Shown: positions 1 to 11,725, counted from the stretch's first letter. The stretch: 36,522 nt of DNA from Octopus bimaculoides (GCF_001194135.2 NC_068999.1:42929935-42966456); one strand, 5' to 3'. Made by a program: numbers and translations. Notes: generated by a model from the letters alone, not told the origin.

Positions 1-55
1 TCCGTCTTTCTTCTTGCACGGAGAAGAGAAGAAAAGCTTAATAGTAGTAAAGGTG

Positions 56-71
56 GTGATGATGATGGTGG

Positions 72-121
<50 letters not shown>

Positions 122-165
122 CTGGTGATGATAATGATGATGGTGATGATTTATGGTGGCGATGG
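56..165. repeat. (GAT)n / (GGT)n microsatellite
   Basis: Long pure GAT run with GGT variants; it produces the poly-M/poly-H ORFs. Confidence 0.95.
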
Positions 166-377
166 TGATGCCGACGACTGCACAGGCAGAGCAGAGTCTG
201 TCAATGCCAAAGCCTGGCATCGATATATTCTTCATGAATATTAAAGTTTAAAAGTGTTTCTGTAGAGCCATGGTGAAAGAATACCTTCTTCCCAACTATA
301 CCCGTTGTCTCGTTCCTTCTCCTCATGCCCCTCTCTCTCACTTTTTCTCTCTTTCTCTGTCTCGAAAACAAAAACAC

Positions 378-378
378 C

Positions 379-420
<42 letters not shown>

Positions 421-499
421 GCTATTAGTTTCTTGTTTTTGGTCTTCAGGTCATAATTGTATCTGTCCTACTCTTTCTTTGTCTCTCTCTCTCCCTCCC

Positions 500-556
<57 letters not shown>

Positions 557-597
557 ATGTCTTTCTGTCTGTCTGTCTATCTCCTTCCTGTTAGTGC

Positions 598-651
<54 letters not shown>

Positions 652-734
652 GCGCGCGCATGTGTGTTTTTGTGTCTGTGTGTATATACATACACATATA
701 CATGTACATACAGGCATCACGTATATATATATAT
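378..734. repeat. Compound microsatellite block (CA)n, (CT)n, (TCTA)n, (TG)n, (TA)n
   Basis: Read directly; runs into the N gap at 735-1218. Confidence 0.95.
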
Positions 735-1280
735 NNNNNNNNNNNNNNNNNNNNNNNNNNNNNNNNNNNNNNNNNNNNNNNNNNNNNNNNNNNNNNNNNN
801 NNNNNNNNNNNNNNNNNNNNNNNNNNNNNNNNNNNNNNNNNNNNNNNNNNNNNNNNNNNNNNNNNNNNNNNNNNNNNNNNNNNNNNNNNNNNNNNNNNNN
901 NNNNNNNNNNNNNNNNNNNNNNNNNNNNNNNNNNNNNNNNNNNNNNNNNNNNNNNNNNNNNNNNNNNNNNNNNNNNNNNNNNNNNNNNNNNNNNNNNNNN
1001 NNNNNNNNNNNNNNNNNNNNNNNNNNNNNNNNNNNNNNNNNNNNNNNNNNNNNNNNNNNNNNNNNNNNNNNNNNNNNNNNNNNNNNNNNNNNNNNNNNNN
1101 NNNNNNNNNNNNNNNNNNNNNNNNNNNNNNNNNNNNNNNNNNNNNNNNNNNNNNNNNNNNNNNNNNNNNNNNNNNNNNNNNNNNNNNNNNNNNNNNNNNN
1201 NNNNNNNNNNNNNNNNNNGATATATATATATATACATACAACTATTGGTATTTATATGCATGTATGTATATAGATATATA

Positions 1281-1312
<32 letters not shown>

Positions 1313-1479
1313 CATACGTAGGTACACATGTGTATATAACGAGATTTTAATTATTGTTCGGTTGCGTTTCCTATTTCGATTGTTTTTGTTTTGCTAAGCA
1401 TGAAACGGAGGAGGGAAGATGTTTGATTGGTTCACTTCAAGTATTGTTTCTATTCTCCATTCTCGAGATTATTTAAAAA

Positions 1480-1539
1480 CAACACCATACCCATCATCCT
1501 TTCTATCATCCTCATCATCGTCGCTTCCGCTTTCCTCGC

Positions 1540-1579
<40 letters not shown>

Positions 1580-2050
1580 GTCGTCGTAGTCGTCATCGAC
1601 GACTTCATTGTTTTTGCCGTACTTCTCTCCGTCTTCATTGTCCTCCTCATTGTCCATCTCCTCATCTTCATCGTTGTCTTCATCATCAATATCATCATGA
1701 ACACCATCGTCATCGCTGTTTTTCTGTTCTTTTTCTTGTACTCCTCCCCTTTTTCATCTTCCACCTACTCCACCACCACCTACTACCATATACCTCCTCC
1801 TCTTCCTCCTCGTCCTCGTTCTCTTCGCACACAGAGAGACACACACACACATACGTATACGTCGTCATCATCACCATCAACATCACCATCATCATAGTCA
1901 TCATCTTCATCATCATGATCGCTGCCATTGTCACCCTCACCATCGGCATCCTCATCCTCATTAACACCATCATCATCATCGTCATTGTCGTCGTTGTCGT
2001 CATCATCATCCGCTACGTCGTCATCACCACCACCACCACCAACATCATAG
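1480..2050. repeat. Degenerate (CAT/CGT/CCT/CAC)n trinucleotide low-complexity region
   Basis: Imperfect CAT/CGT/CAC triplets; the ORFs are poly-I/V/M/D. Confidence 0.9.
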
Positions 2051-2421
2051 TTCCCTTATGTTTAGTTACGTCATCGTTTTGTTTCACTTTTGCGTTTAAA
2101 TACCGCTGGAGCGAACTTTAATTTGTACTCAACCGAGTTCAATAAAATCGAGAGCGTCTGCTCTTGCAAACTGGTAACTTGGTGCCAATTAAGAAATCAA
2201 AGTTAATATCACACTGTAAGACTTTTGAACTTCAGACTCATCGATAAACGAATCATCAAAAATCATCAATGAGATGATTAAATCTAAAATCTCGTATTTA
2301 TAACGTGGTTTAAATAACTTGGGGAGAGCTCAACTAAGCCTGGTCTGGATTTTGAAAGACTTGAAACCAGGATAATCTTCTTCCTGATCAGATGTCGAAA
2401 AAAGTAAAGTTCTATCTCATC

Positions 2422-2635
2422 TTCTGGGACTCATAGGGTCGGTTACACCGTTTACATGGGGTACAAAAGACCGAAGTCACAACAAACCATCTAAACGGGA
2501 TGTCAGTCTGTCTCAGAGTTTACTCATCTATAGTCGAGGGGCAATGTTTAATGAAGAGTCTTGCTCAAGAAAATGACACACTGTTCGATACGAGAGGCGA
2601 AACCGCGAGTGCAACGCTCTAACCTCCAAACCACG
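2422..2635 (-). mobile_element. tRNA-derived SINE, family B, decayed
   Basis: Contains aatgaagagtcttgctcaaga...gcgaaaccgcgag, similar to the copies at 35669-35795 and 35885-36046 (aatgaagtgctttgctcaag...tcgaaaccacgatc). The family is recalled from octopus repeats. Confidence 0.6.
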
Positions 2636-3611
2636 AAGTTTCACCCCAACCAGGAAGGCCTTCAATATTTTGAATTGCAACAATGGTTAGAAAATAAGAC
2701 CAGACAATTCAAAAACATTTATGGACGCAGAATAGAATATTGCAAGAATTGGGGTGATCAGAGTGAAACAAAGCCCGAAGAGGACCTAAGGAGTCTTGAA
2801 CTCGCAATCATCTTCTTTCCGATCACTTGATCTTCCAATAATTTAGGTTCAGACGGCTGTTACCAATCAACATAACAAGACTAAACACAGTTATATACAC
2901 AGCAGAGAAAGAATATGTAACAAACACATCTACGATCCTTCTGTATTAGTTTCAACGAAACTCTTTTCTGATTTTTATTCCAGCTCTGATGTAACTTAAT
3001 GAATGGGATGCAACTAAATAAATCAAATCATTCTAAATTTCAGACAAAAATAAACAATATATTTGTTTGTTTGTATTTGTTTTCCTCTTTTTTCATTTAC
3101 TTTTATTTGTTTTTCTTCTCAGTTTATATTTTTGAATTCAATTTCACTTTTAAATTTCGTTTATTTTATTTTATCTTATTTATCGCCAAAATACAAGGAA
3201 AAAAAAAGAACGAAATATAATTTTTTGTTTGACTTATTAACATTTATTTTCTTCCATTTCATTTTTAGCTTTTATGTTGTTTTGTTTTTAATTTTTGTTA
3301 TTTTTTTTTTTATATATTTCAGCTCTTTCTTTCTTTCTTTTTCTTTTCTTTTATTTATTTATTTATTTTTGCTTGTACTTCATTATTGAGATTCACTTAT
3401 AAAATATAAATAAACAAATCAACGTGAAAAGTTCGGTGAGTTACTCACACATAGCGTACCACGATGACAAACACGGTGTTTCAGATCTAATCAACATTTA
3501 GACAACACACACACACACAAACGCATACATACAGAACCAATATTCTTCGTTTATCGAATGAATCTGAAATTCAAAAGTCTACAGAGTGTGATATTAACTT
3601 TGATTTCCTAC

Positions 3612-3743
3612 ACTGGCACCAAGTCATCAATTTGCCAGAGAAGATGCAAATCATTTGGTTGATTCAGGTGACGAAGAATTATATGACTGCTGTAGATTTC
3701 ATTGACCTCAGATGAGTACAAATTGAAGTTCACTCCGACAGCA
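3612..3743 (-). CDS. Candidate internal exon (132 nt, phase 2-2), product unknown
   Basis: Minus strand: long T-rich tract then ttcaag|, one open frame (AVGVNFNLYSSEVNEIYSSHIILRHLNQPNDLHLLWQIDDLVP), then |gtagga. Length is divisible by 3. No homology recognised. Confidence 0.2.
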
Positions 3744-3813
3744 CTTGAACGCAAAAAAACGGAAATAAAAAAAAAAGAAATGACGTAACTAAACAATCCG
3801 AGGCGTTTAGTCT

Positions 3814-3819
3814 GAAGAA

Positions 3820-3854
<35 letters not shown>

Positions 3855-3899
3855 AGAAGAAGAAGAAGAAGAAGAAGAAGAAGAAGAACGATGACGACG

Positions 3900-3955
<56 letters not shown>
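3814..3955. repeat. (GAA)n followed by (TAA)n
   Basis: Read directly; the (TAA)n part forms the (ATT)n 3' tail of the minus-strand SINE at 3956. Confidence 0.95.
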
Positions 3956-4102
3956 CCTTTCTACTATAGGCACAAGGCCTTGAATTTGGGGGAAGGGGTT
4001 TCATCGATTACATCGACCCCCAGTGTTCAACTGGTACTTTATTTTATCGACCCCGAAAGGATGAAAAATAAAGTTGACCTCGGTGGAATTTGAAATCAAA
4101 AC
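3956..4102 (-). mobile_element. SINE family A, 5'-truncated, tail type 1
   Basis: ctttctactataggcacaaggcc...atcgaccccagtgttcaactggtac...atcgaccccgaaaggatgaaa...gacctcggtggaatttgaa; the reverse complement matches the body of the copy at 29129. Confidence 0.85.
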
Positions 4103-4114
4103 ATAGACAACGCC

Positions 4115-4278
4115 TATGCTTTCAAATTTTGGCACAGTAATTTCAGTGGAGGATGATAATCAATTCTATCGACCTCCAGCTCAAAGGCAAAGTTGACCTT
4201 GGCGGAATTTTAAATCAGAACGAAATGCCGCTATGCATTTTGACCGATGTGCTAACGATTCTGCCAGACCGCTGCCGA
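4115..4278 (-). mobile_element. SINE family A, internally deleted, variant tail
   Basis: aaggcaaagttgaccttggcggaatttt...ccgctatgcattttgaccgatgtgctaacgattctgccag matches the family A head; tail is ttcaaattttggcacag. Confidence 0.8.
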
Positions 4279-4284
4279 AATAAT

Positions 4285-4459
4285 CTTTTCTACTTTAGGA
4301 ACAAGGCCTAAAATTTCGAAAAGGTACTTATTCTATCGACTCCGAAAGGATGAAATGCAAAGTCGACTTCGGCGGAATTTCAACGCAGAACGTGAAGATG
4401 AACGAAATACCGCTAAGCCTTTCGCTCGGTGTGCTAACGATTCTGCCAGCTCGCCGCCT
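4285..4459 (-). mobile_element. SINE family A, near full length with internal deletion
   Basis: Ends in ccgctaagcctttcgctcggtgtgctaacgattctgccagctcgccgcct, the reverse complement of the head aggcggcgagctggcagaa seen at 29129. Confidence 0.88.
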
Positions 4460-4487
4460 GCTCGCCGCTCTAATAATAATAAGAATA

Positions 4488-4921
4488 ATGGTGGTGGTGG
4501 TGGTGGTGGTGGTCGTGGTGGTGATGATGATGATGGATGGATGATGATGGATGGATGATGATAATGGATGGATGATGATGATGAGGATGGATGATGATGA
4601 TGATGGATGATGATGATGATGATGATGATGATGGATGATGATGGATGATGATGATGATGGATGATGATGGATGGATGATGGATGATGATGGATGATGATG
4701 ATGATGGATGATGATGATGGATGATGATGGATGTTGGATGATGGATGATGATGGATGTTGGATGATGGATGATGGACGATGAATGATGGATGATGGATGA
4801 TTGATGATGATTGATGTTGATTGACGGTGATTGATGATCATTGATGGTGATTGATGGTGATTGATGGTGATTGATGGTGATTGGTGGTGATGGATAGTGA
4901 TTGATGGTGATTGGTTGTGAT
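4488..4921. repeat. Compound (GGT)/(GAT)/(GATG)/(GATTGATGGT)n repeat, continuing at 5459-5595 after a gap
   Basis: Read directly. Confidence 0.95.
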
Positions 4922-5788
4922 NNNNNNNNNNNNNNNNNNNNNNNNNNNNNNNNNNNNNNNNNNNNNNNNNNNNNNNNNNNNNNNNNNNNNNNNNNNNNNN
5001 NNNNNNNNNNNNNNNNNNNNNNNNNNNNNNNNNNNNNNNNNNNNNNNNNNNNNNNNNNNNNNNNNNNNNNNNNNNNNNNNNNNNNNNNNNNNNNNNNNNN
5101 NNNNNNNNNNNNNNNNNNNNNNNNNNNNNNNNNNNNNNNNNNNNNNNNNNNNNNNNNNNNNNNNNNNNNNNNNNNNNNNNNNNNNNNNNNNNNNNNNNNN
5201 NNNNNNNNNNNNNNNNNNNNNNNNNNNNNNNNNNNNNNNNNNNNNNNNNNNNNNNNNNNNNNNNNNNNNNNNNNNNNNNNNNNNNNNNNNNNNNNNNNNN
5301 NNNNNNNNNNNNNNNNNNNNNNNNNNNNNNNNNNNNNNNNNNNNNNNNNNNNNNNNNNNNNNNNNNNNNNNNNNNNNNNNNNNNNNNNNNNNNNNNNNNN
5401 NNNNNNNNNNNNNNNNNNNNNNNNNNNNNNNNNNNNNNNNNNNNNNNNNNNNNNNNNNTGATTGATGGTGATTGATGGTGATTGATGGTGAATGATGGTG
5501 ATTGATGGTGATTAATGATGATTGATGGCGGTTGATGATTGATGGTGATTGATTGATTGATGACGGATTGATTGATGATTGAATGATGATGGTGATTGAA
5601 ACAGTAGGAGAATGCAAGAACTGATGGAAGGAAAACAGCCAGCAGATGAAGAATTCCAACCATGTTTCGTGGATCGCTACCTCGACAGCTCCTTTATAGG
5701 ATCCAGTGGCTAAAGAGGAACCACGTCCGGTTTCGGCCCCTACTCCTCTACCGTTTTGGACGTGGCCCCCCTCCCCACACACACATAC

Positions 5789-6002
5789 ACTTTCGGAGGT
5801 GTCTTCAACTCTAGTGTTGAGTGCGTTTATTTCTTTCTCCATTTTTCTTTTGTTCTCTGGCTTCTTCGATACAGCGTCAACGAATGTCAGCGAGCGAATG
5901 ACCATCCTGCCAAATTTCCCTTTAAATACTCGCCGGTAGGATCCAACAGCCAGCACCAGCTAACTGTAACGTGACGCTATCTAAGCTTCAACTGACCAAT
6001 GG
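5789..6002 (-). promoter_or_regulatory. Candidate Pol II promoter (CCAAT, CRE half-site, TATA, Inr) and first exon
   Basis: GACCAATGG at 5994-6002; TGACG at 5972-5976; minus-strand TATTTAAA (5928-5921) starts 29 nt before the A of TCATTC (5899); AAAAATGG start at 5842; donor GTATGT at 5788. The region is locally CpG-rich. Confidence 0.4.
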
Positions 6003-7229
6003 AGGGGAAGGGTGCGTAGATTTGGTCCACCTTCCAACAGCGTCGTGTTAGTCTTAGTTCCATCAGCCAGAGCCGACCAGCTGTTTGGTGGTACAAGCCT
6101 TCGAACCACGAGGAGAGCGCGCTATGAACGAGATCGCTACCTTGGTCTACTTTTAAATCCGAAAATCACCTAGTAATGGAATTACAAATTTAATTCATGC
6201 AACAAACTGACGACGCTGGTATTAAAGAACATCCAGTATGGCTTGTTTTGCCATCAGTTGAGTATGATTCGAGGTCGAAAGGACAGCCAAATCTAGCGGA
6301 TAGCTCGACCATTCTTGAGGATTCCTATTGACTTACTTGAATTTCAGATTTGAATTAATTTCTAAATTAATTTGATTCTTTTCTAATTACTTTTGTAGAA
6401 GAAGTTCTTTGATTTTCTGAATTTCGGTTATAGACGTATTTCATATCAAAAGAAATGATGAAATAAAGGAACATTTTTTTCCCTAATAAAAAAATTCAAA
6501 CTATTTTGATGCAACCGACCGTTAGATAATATATTCTATACTTCATAGATAGGGTTTCCAGAAAATATTAGTTTACATTTTATTGATACATGATATAAAT
6601 ACAGTATATATGATAATAAATATAAATATACAAAATGTGTATATATACATACATATACACATTATAGTATGTAAAATATCTAAACTCGCTTTCGCTTTGT
6701 ATGTTTGTGTATGTGTGTGTATAGAGTCGGTGACTGTGTATCAATATTTCTGTGTGTGATTGTGTGACAGTCACTGTGTGTGTGTGTGGTGTCTGGTCTA
6801 TTGTTTTCTCGTGAGATACTTTTGCATTGGTTTCACTTGGTCCTCACTGAAATTTGGATAATTCAATACAACTGTTGAGTGATTATCGGTTAGAGAAAGA
6901 CATCATACACACCTGAACTATTCTAAATAAAAAGAAACACGAACAGTCAGCCATATATATATATGTATATATATATATATATNNNNNNNNNNNNNNNNNN
7001 NNNNNNNNNNNNNNNNNNNNNNNNNNNNNNNNNNNNNNNNNNNNNNNNNNNNNNNNNNNNNNNNNNNNNNNNNNNNNNNNNNNNNNNNNNNNNNNNNNNN
7101 NNNNNNNNNNNNNNNNNNNNNNNNNNNNNNNNNNNNNNNNNNNNNNNNNNNNNNNNNNNNNNNNNNNNNNNNNNNNNNNNNNNNNNNNNNTATATATATA
7201 TATAAGCGTGTGTATAACGATAAGCATAT

Positions 7230-7277
<48 letters not shown>

Positions 7278-7336
7278 GGAGAGAGATAGAGAGAGAGAGT
7301 TTGTGTGTGTATATATGTTATTAAAGTTTTACAATG

Positions 7337-7392
7337 AAACTACACAGACTCCGAAGTTTCGGCTAAACTCTCCTTCCTCAGACGTGTTGATT
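7337..7392 (-). ncRNA. Type I hammerhead ribozyme-like motif
   Basis: Minus strand: AAUCAACACG U CUGAGGA A GG-AGAGUUUAG-CC GAA ACU-UCGG-AGU C/ UGUGUAGUUU. Canonical core, GUC site, stem III 3 bp, stem II 2 bp, stem I 5 bp if one U is bulged. Confidence 0.6.
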
Positions 7393-7916
7393 TTGTATAG
7401 TATTTGTCTAGGTTTTTTGTTGTTGCTGTTCTTGTTTTTTTTCTTCTGGTAGGTAGATATGATGTGGGTGGACCAGAGAATCAGTTCTCAAAGGCGGTTC
7501 GATAGAAATCTATGAAAGCTATTACAAAAATCTATTCAGTGATTTTCCTGTTTAAAGATAAATTCTTCATATACGTACAAACTGACATAAAAATGTACAT
7601 ACAACTGACATAAAACCAAACATACATGTATGTACACGCAGACATACATACACATATGTATGTACACGCAAGCTCACGCACGTGTTAATATGGATACTCA
7701 TGTCACATGTACGTATGTATATGAGCAGTACAGACAGAGAAACAGTGAGAGGGATTAAAGATGAGTCACAAGAACCAGGCAGACATCTTGTTTATTTTAT
7801 AACTGAGGTTGAGAAAGGTCGGATGTAACATCCATAACAGAATATGAAGAAGATGCTACAAAACAGCAAGTACAACAACAATGAGATTGTTGTAATAACT
7901 GACACAAGGCCAACAA

Positions 7917-7975
7917 TTCAAATTTCGGCACAAAGCCAGCAATTTCAGAGTTGTGGGGAGGGGGCGTCAATTCGA
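7917..7975 (-). mobile_element. SINE family A 3' tail fragment (variant tail)
   Basis: ttcaaatttcggcacaaagccagcaatttcag resembles ttcaaattttggcacagtaatttcag at ~4121. Confidence 0.5.
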
Positions 7976-8202
7976 GAGATCTCAGTAAATGATTGGTCTT
8001 CTATTTCGTTTTTTTCTTTTTGATCGAAACCTAAACGATGAAAAGCGTAACTGACTTCGGTGATATTTGAAGTCAGGACGTAAAGAAATCCGACTAGGAA
8101 GTTTATCCGATACGACAACTCCACCACCACTACCACCACTACCACCAACATCACCACCAATACCACCACCACAACAACAACAGCAACAACAACAATAATC
8201 AT

Positions 8203-8409
8203 ATTCTTTTCTTCTATAGGCACAAGGCTGAAATATCGGCAAGGGAGCAAGTCGAAGTTATCGATCCAGTGTATAACTGGTACTTATTCTATCGACTTCG
8301 GAACGATGAAAGGCAAAGTCGGCCCTGGCGGAATTTGAACTCAGAACGTAAACACAGATGAAGTACCGCTAAGCATTTTGCCTGGCGTACTAACCGCTCT
8401 GTCAGCCTT
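8203..8409 (-). mobile_element. SINE family A, full length, tail type 1
   Basis: ctataggcacaaggc...tacttattctatcgac...ggcggaatttgaactcagaacgta...ccgctaagcattttgcctggcgtactaacc. B-box GAGTTCAAAT on the minus strand. Confidence 0.9.
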
Positions 8410-8525
8410 AATAATAATAATAATAACAATAGAAACAATAAGTAGAGTACCACTTTTAAGAGTCGTACTCTTCTTATTGTTCCTTTACCTTCGGGAGGAG
8501 TATCATCAATCCTTAAATATTACAT

Positions 8526-8526
<1 letters not shown>

Positions 8527-8576
<50 letters not shown>

Positions 8577-8660
8577 CATAATAATAATAATAGTCTCTTG
8601 AGGTCTCTGGGTGAGACTTGGAGCCAATTTGTACAAATGTAAAGCAAAAGTCAAACATAA

Positions 8661-8707
<47 letters not shown>

Positions 8708-8895
8708 TGATGATGATGATGATGATGATGATGGTAATAGTAATAACAATAATAATTATTATTATTACAATAAATAATGATGATCATAATGATGATAATG
8801 ATGGTGGTGGTGCTGCTGCTGGTGCTGGCGGTGGCGGTGGCGGTGGTGTTGGTGGTGGTTTTGGTAGTGATGTTGATGGTAATGATAATTATGAC
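8527..8895. repeat. (TAA)n/(GAT)n/(GGT)n compound microsatellites
   Basis: Read directly. Confidence 0.92.
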
Positions 8896-8924
8896 TTCCC
8901 TTGATTTCAGTCTCACACTCATAC

Positions 8925-8966
<42 letters not shown>

Positions 8967-9754
8967 CAAATTAAAAGGGTAAAGGTTTATCAATTTATTA
9001 ATTTATTAATAAATCAACAATTAATAATTNNNNNNNNNNNNNNNNNNNNNNNNNNNNNNNNNNNNNNNNNNNNNNNNNNNNNNNNNNNNNNNNNNNNNNN
9101 NNNNNNNNNNNNNNNNNNNNNNNNNNNNNNNNNNNNNNNNNNNNNNNNNNNNNNNNNNNNNNNNNNNNNNNNNNNNNNNNNNNNNNNNNNNNNNNNNNNN
9201 NNNNNNNNNNNNNNNNNNNNNNNNNNNNNNNNNNNNNNNNNNNNNNNNNNNNNNNNNNNNNNNNNNNNNNNNNNNNNNNNNNNNNNNNNNNNNNNNNNNN
9301 NNNNNNNNNNNNNNNNNNNNNNNNNNNNNNNNNNNNNNNNNNNNNNNNNNNNNNNNNNNNNNNNNNNNNNNNNNNNNNNNNNNNNNNNNNNNNNNNNNNN
9401 NNNNNNNNNNNNNNNNNNNNNNNNNNNNNNNNNNNNNNNNNNNNNNNNNNNNNNNNNNNNNNNNNNNNNNNNNNNNNNNNNNNNNNNNNNNNNNNNNNNN
9501 NNNNNNNNNNNNNNNNNNNNNNNNNNNNNNNNNNNNNNNNNNNNNNNNNNNNNNNNNNNNNNNNNNNNNNNNNNNNNNNNNNNNNNNNNNNNNNNNNNNN
9601 NNNNNNNNNNNNNNNNNNNNNNNNNNNNNNNNNNNNNNNNNNNNNNNNNNNNNNNNNNNNNNNNNNNNNNNNNNNNNNNNNNNNNNNNNNNNNNNNNNNN
9701 NNNNNNNNNNNNNNNNNNNNNNNNNNNNNNNNNNNNNNNNNNNNNNNNNNNNNN

Positions 9755-9812
<58 letters not shown>

Positions 9813-10307
9813 CAGAGACATCACCGCTTATTGGCATCATCTCATCAGCACTTATTGACACTGACCTCATCAAAGACGAAGAAGTATCGGGACACAATAA
9901 CAACAACAACAATGGCACCACTCAAGATAACCACTACCACCATAATCACCATCATCACCACCAACACCACCACCACCACCACCACTACCACTAACCATCC
10001 TCACCAACACAACCACTAACACTTCCACAACCACTGCCACCATTAATAGTACCATCACCACCATCAACATCAGCAACAACAACAGCAATACCATCACCAC
10101 CACCACTACCACCACTACCACCACCACCACAACGCCACAATCTCTACAACAACTACCAGAACCATTGTTACAAACACCACCACCACCACCACCACCAGTA
10201 CCAAGTGAAAGGGAAAAGATATTACAAAAAGGCGAAAACAAAAATAACAGCAATATTAATTTGAAAACTTATAAGAAACATCTGAATCAACAATAAATGC
10301 TTCATCG

Positions 10308-10359
<52 letters not shown>

Positions 10360-10408
10360 CAGCTGCAGCAGTATTAGCAGCAGTAGTGGTAGTAGTAGTA
10401 GTAGTAGC

Positions 10409-10449
<41 letters not shown>

Positions 10450-10625
10450 CAATAGTTGTAGCAGTAGTACCAGTAGGTTCAACCCTTAACATCGAAAGAA
10501 GTAACGAACAAGAGCAGCACGAAAAAAACATCTACAACATCACCATTAACAACAACAATAACAACAACAACAACAACAACAACAGTGACGATAAGACGAA
10601 GAACAACAACAACAAGAAAATAACA
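9755..10625. repeat. (GA)n, then (CAC/CAA)n, (TAG)n and (CAA)n low-complexity block
   Basis: Read directly; the ORFs are poly-T/H/V/L. Confidence 0.9.
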
Positions 10626-10804
10626 GCAATAACAAAAAAGCAATAATGAAGACTCTATAATTACGTTACACGAGTAACTATAGACCTTTGCCTGAAAATG
10701 AAAGTGAAAGTATAACCAAAGGAGGCGACCTGATAAACACGTGTTATCTGTTGTCTATTCTTCGTTGGTCATTGTAAAATGGTTAATCTTTAGTAATCAA
10801 ATAA

Positions 10805-11376
10805 CTTCCCCATTGGCTTTACAATTCATACAAATATACACGGCGCTCTTCTTGCCTTGGAAACAAAGATCAGATTTTCTTTTCACCCCGGAGCATGTAA
10901 ATAAATTTTGTGAAATTAATTCATAATTTATTGATATTATCTCCCCTTTTGTTTCAGAGTCACAGACAATAACCACTAGAGCTTTGTGTCTTTGTTTTGT
11001 TTAGTTCATATATATATATATCAAATATATATCAAATATATATATAATATATATNNNNNNNNNNNNNNNNNNNNNNNNNNNNNNNNNNNNNNNNNNNNNN
11101 NNNNNNNNNNNNNNNNNNNNNNNNNNNNNNNNNNNNNNNNNNNNNNNNNNNNNCTTCCCCATTGGCTTTACAATTCATACAAATATACACGGCGCTCTTC
11201 TTGCCTTGGAAACAAAGATCAGATTTTCTTTTCACCCCGGAGCATGTAAATAAATTTTGTGAAATTAATTCATAATTTATTGATATTATCTCCCCTTTTG
11301 TTTCAGAGTCACAGACAATAACCACTAGAGCTTTGTGTCTTTGTTTTGTTTAGTTCATATATATATATATCAAATA
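10805..11376 (+). repeat. 223-bp exact direct duplication flanking a 99-N gap
   Basis: 10805-11027 equals 11154-11376 (offset 349) wherever I compared them; probably an unmerged contig overlap. Confidence 0.9.
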
Positions 11377-11518
11377 AATATATAATATATATATATATCA
11401 GATATATAAATATATGTCAAATGAAGAGGGAAATTTTAATTGATAAAGAATTTTTTAGCGCACATCTTCACAGTTCACCCCGCCCCCACTAATGCTTCAT
11501 TGTGCATAAAAGTTCAAC

Positions 11519-11625
11519 ATGGCTGTATGGTTACCAATTTGTTTGGAAACCACGTAGATTCGAGTTCAGCATCATCTCACGCATCGGACGCCAGTGTTTT
11601 CTAAGCCTGCATTGGTCAATGACTT
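11519..11625 (+). mobile_element. SINE family C head, strongly decayed
   Basis: atggctgtatggtt...aaccacgtagattcgagttcag has A-box-like and B-box-like motifs and resembles 26891-27025. Confidence 0.45.
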
Positions 11626-11725
11626 ATATACATACATAAATACACACATACATACGTACATAATACATATGTACATACATACATTAATGCATACATGCAT
11701 AATACATACATACATACATACATAC

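Noticed and set aside
419-452. Minus-strand CUGAAGA...GAAAC
   Set aside because: The intervening CCAAAAACAA cannot form stem II, so this is not a hammerhead.
14-2121. Poly-M/H/I/V/D ORFs (also at 8.5-10.6 kb and 20.5-21.9 kb)
   Set aside because: Translations of tri- and dinucleotide repeats with no complex sequence.
2561-2830. 89-aa ORF
   Set aside because: Its first third lies in a SINE; no recognisable domain or splice signals.
5660-5692. Minus-strand CUGUCGA...GAAACAUG hammerhead-like spacing
   Set aside because: Stems I, II and III do not pair adequately.
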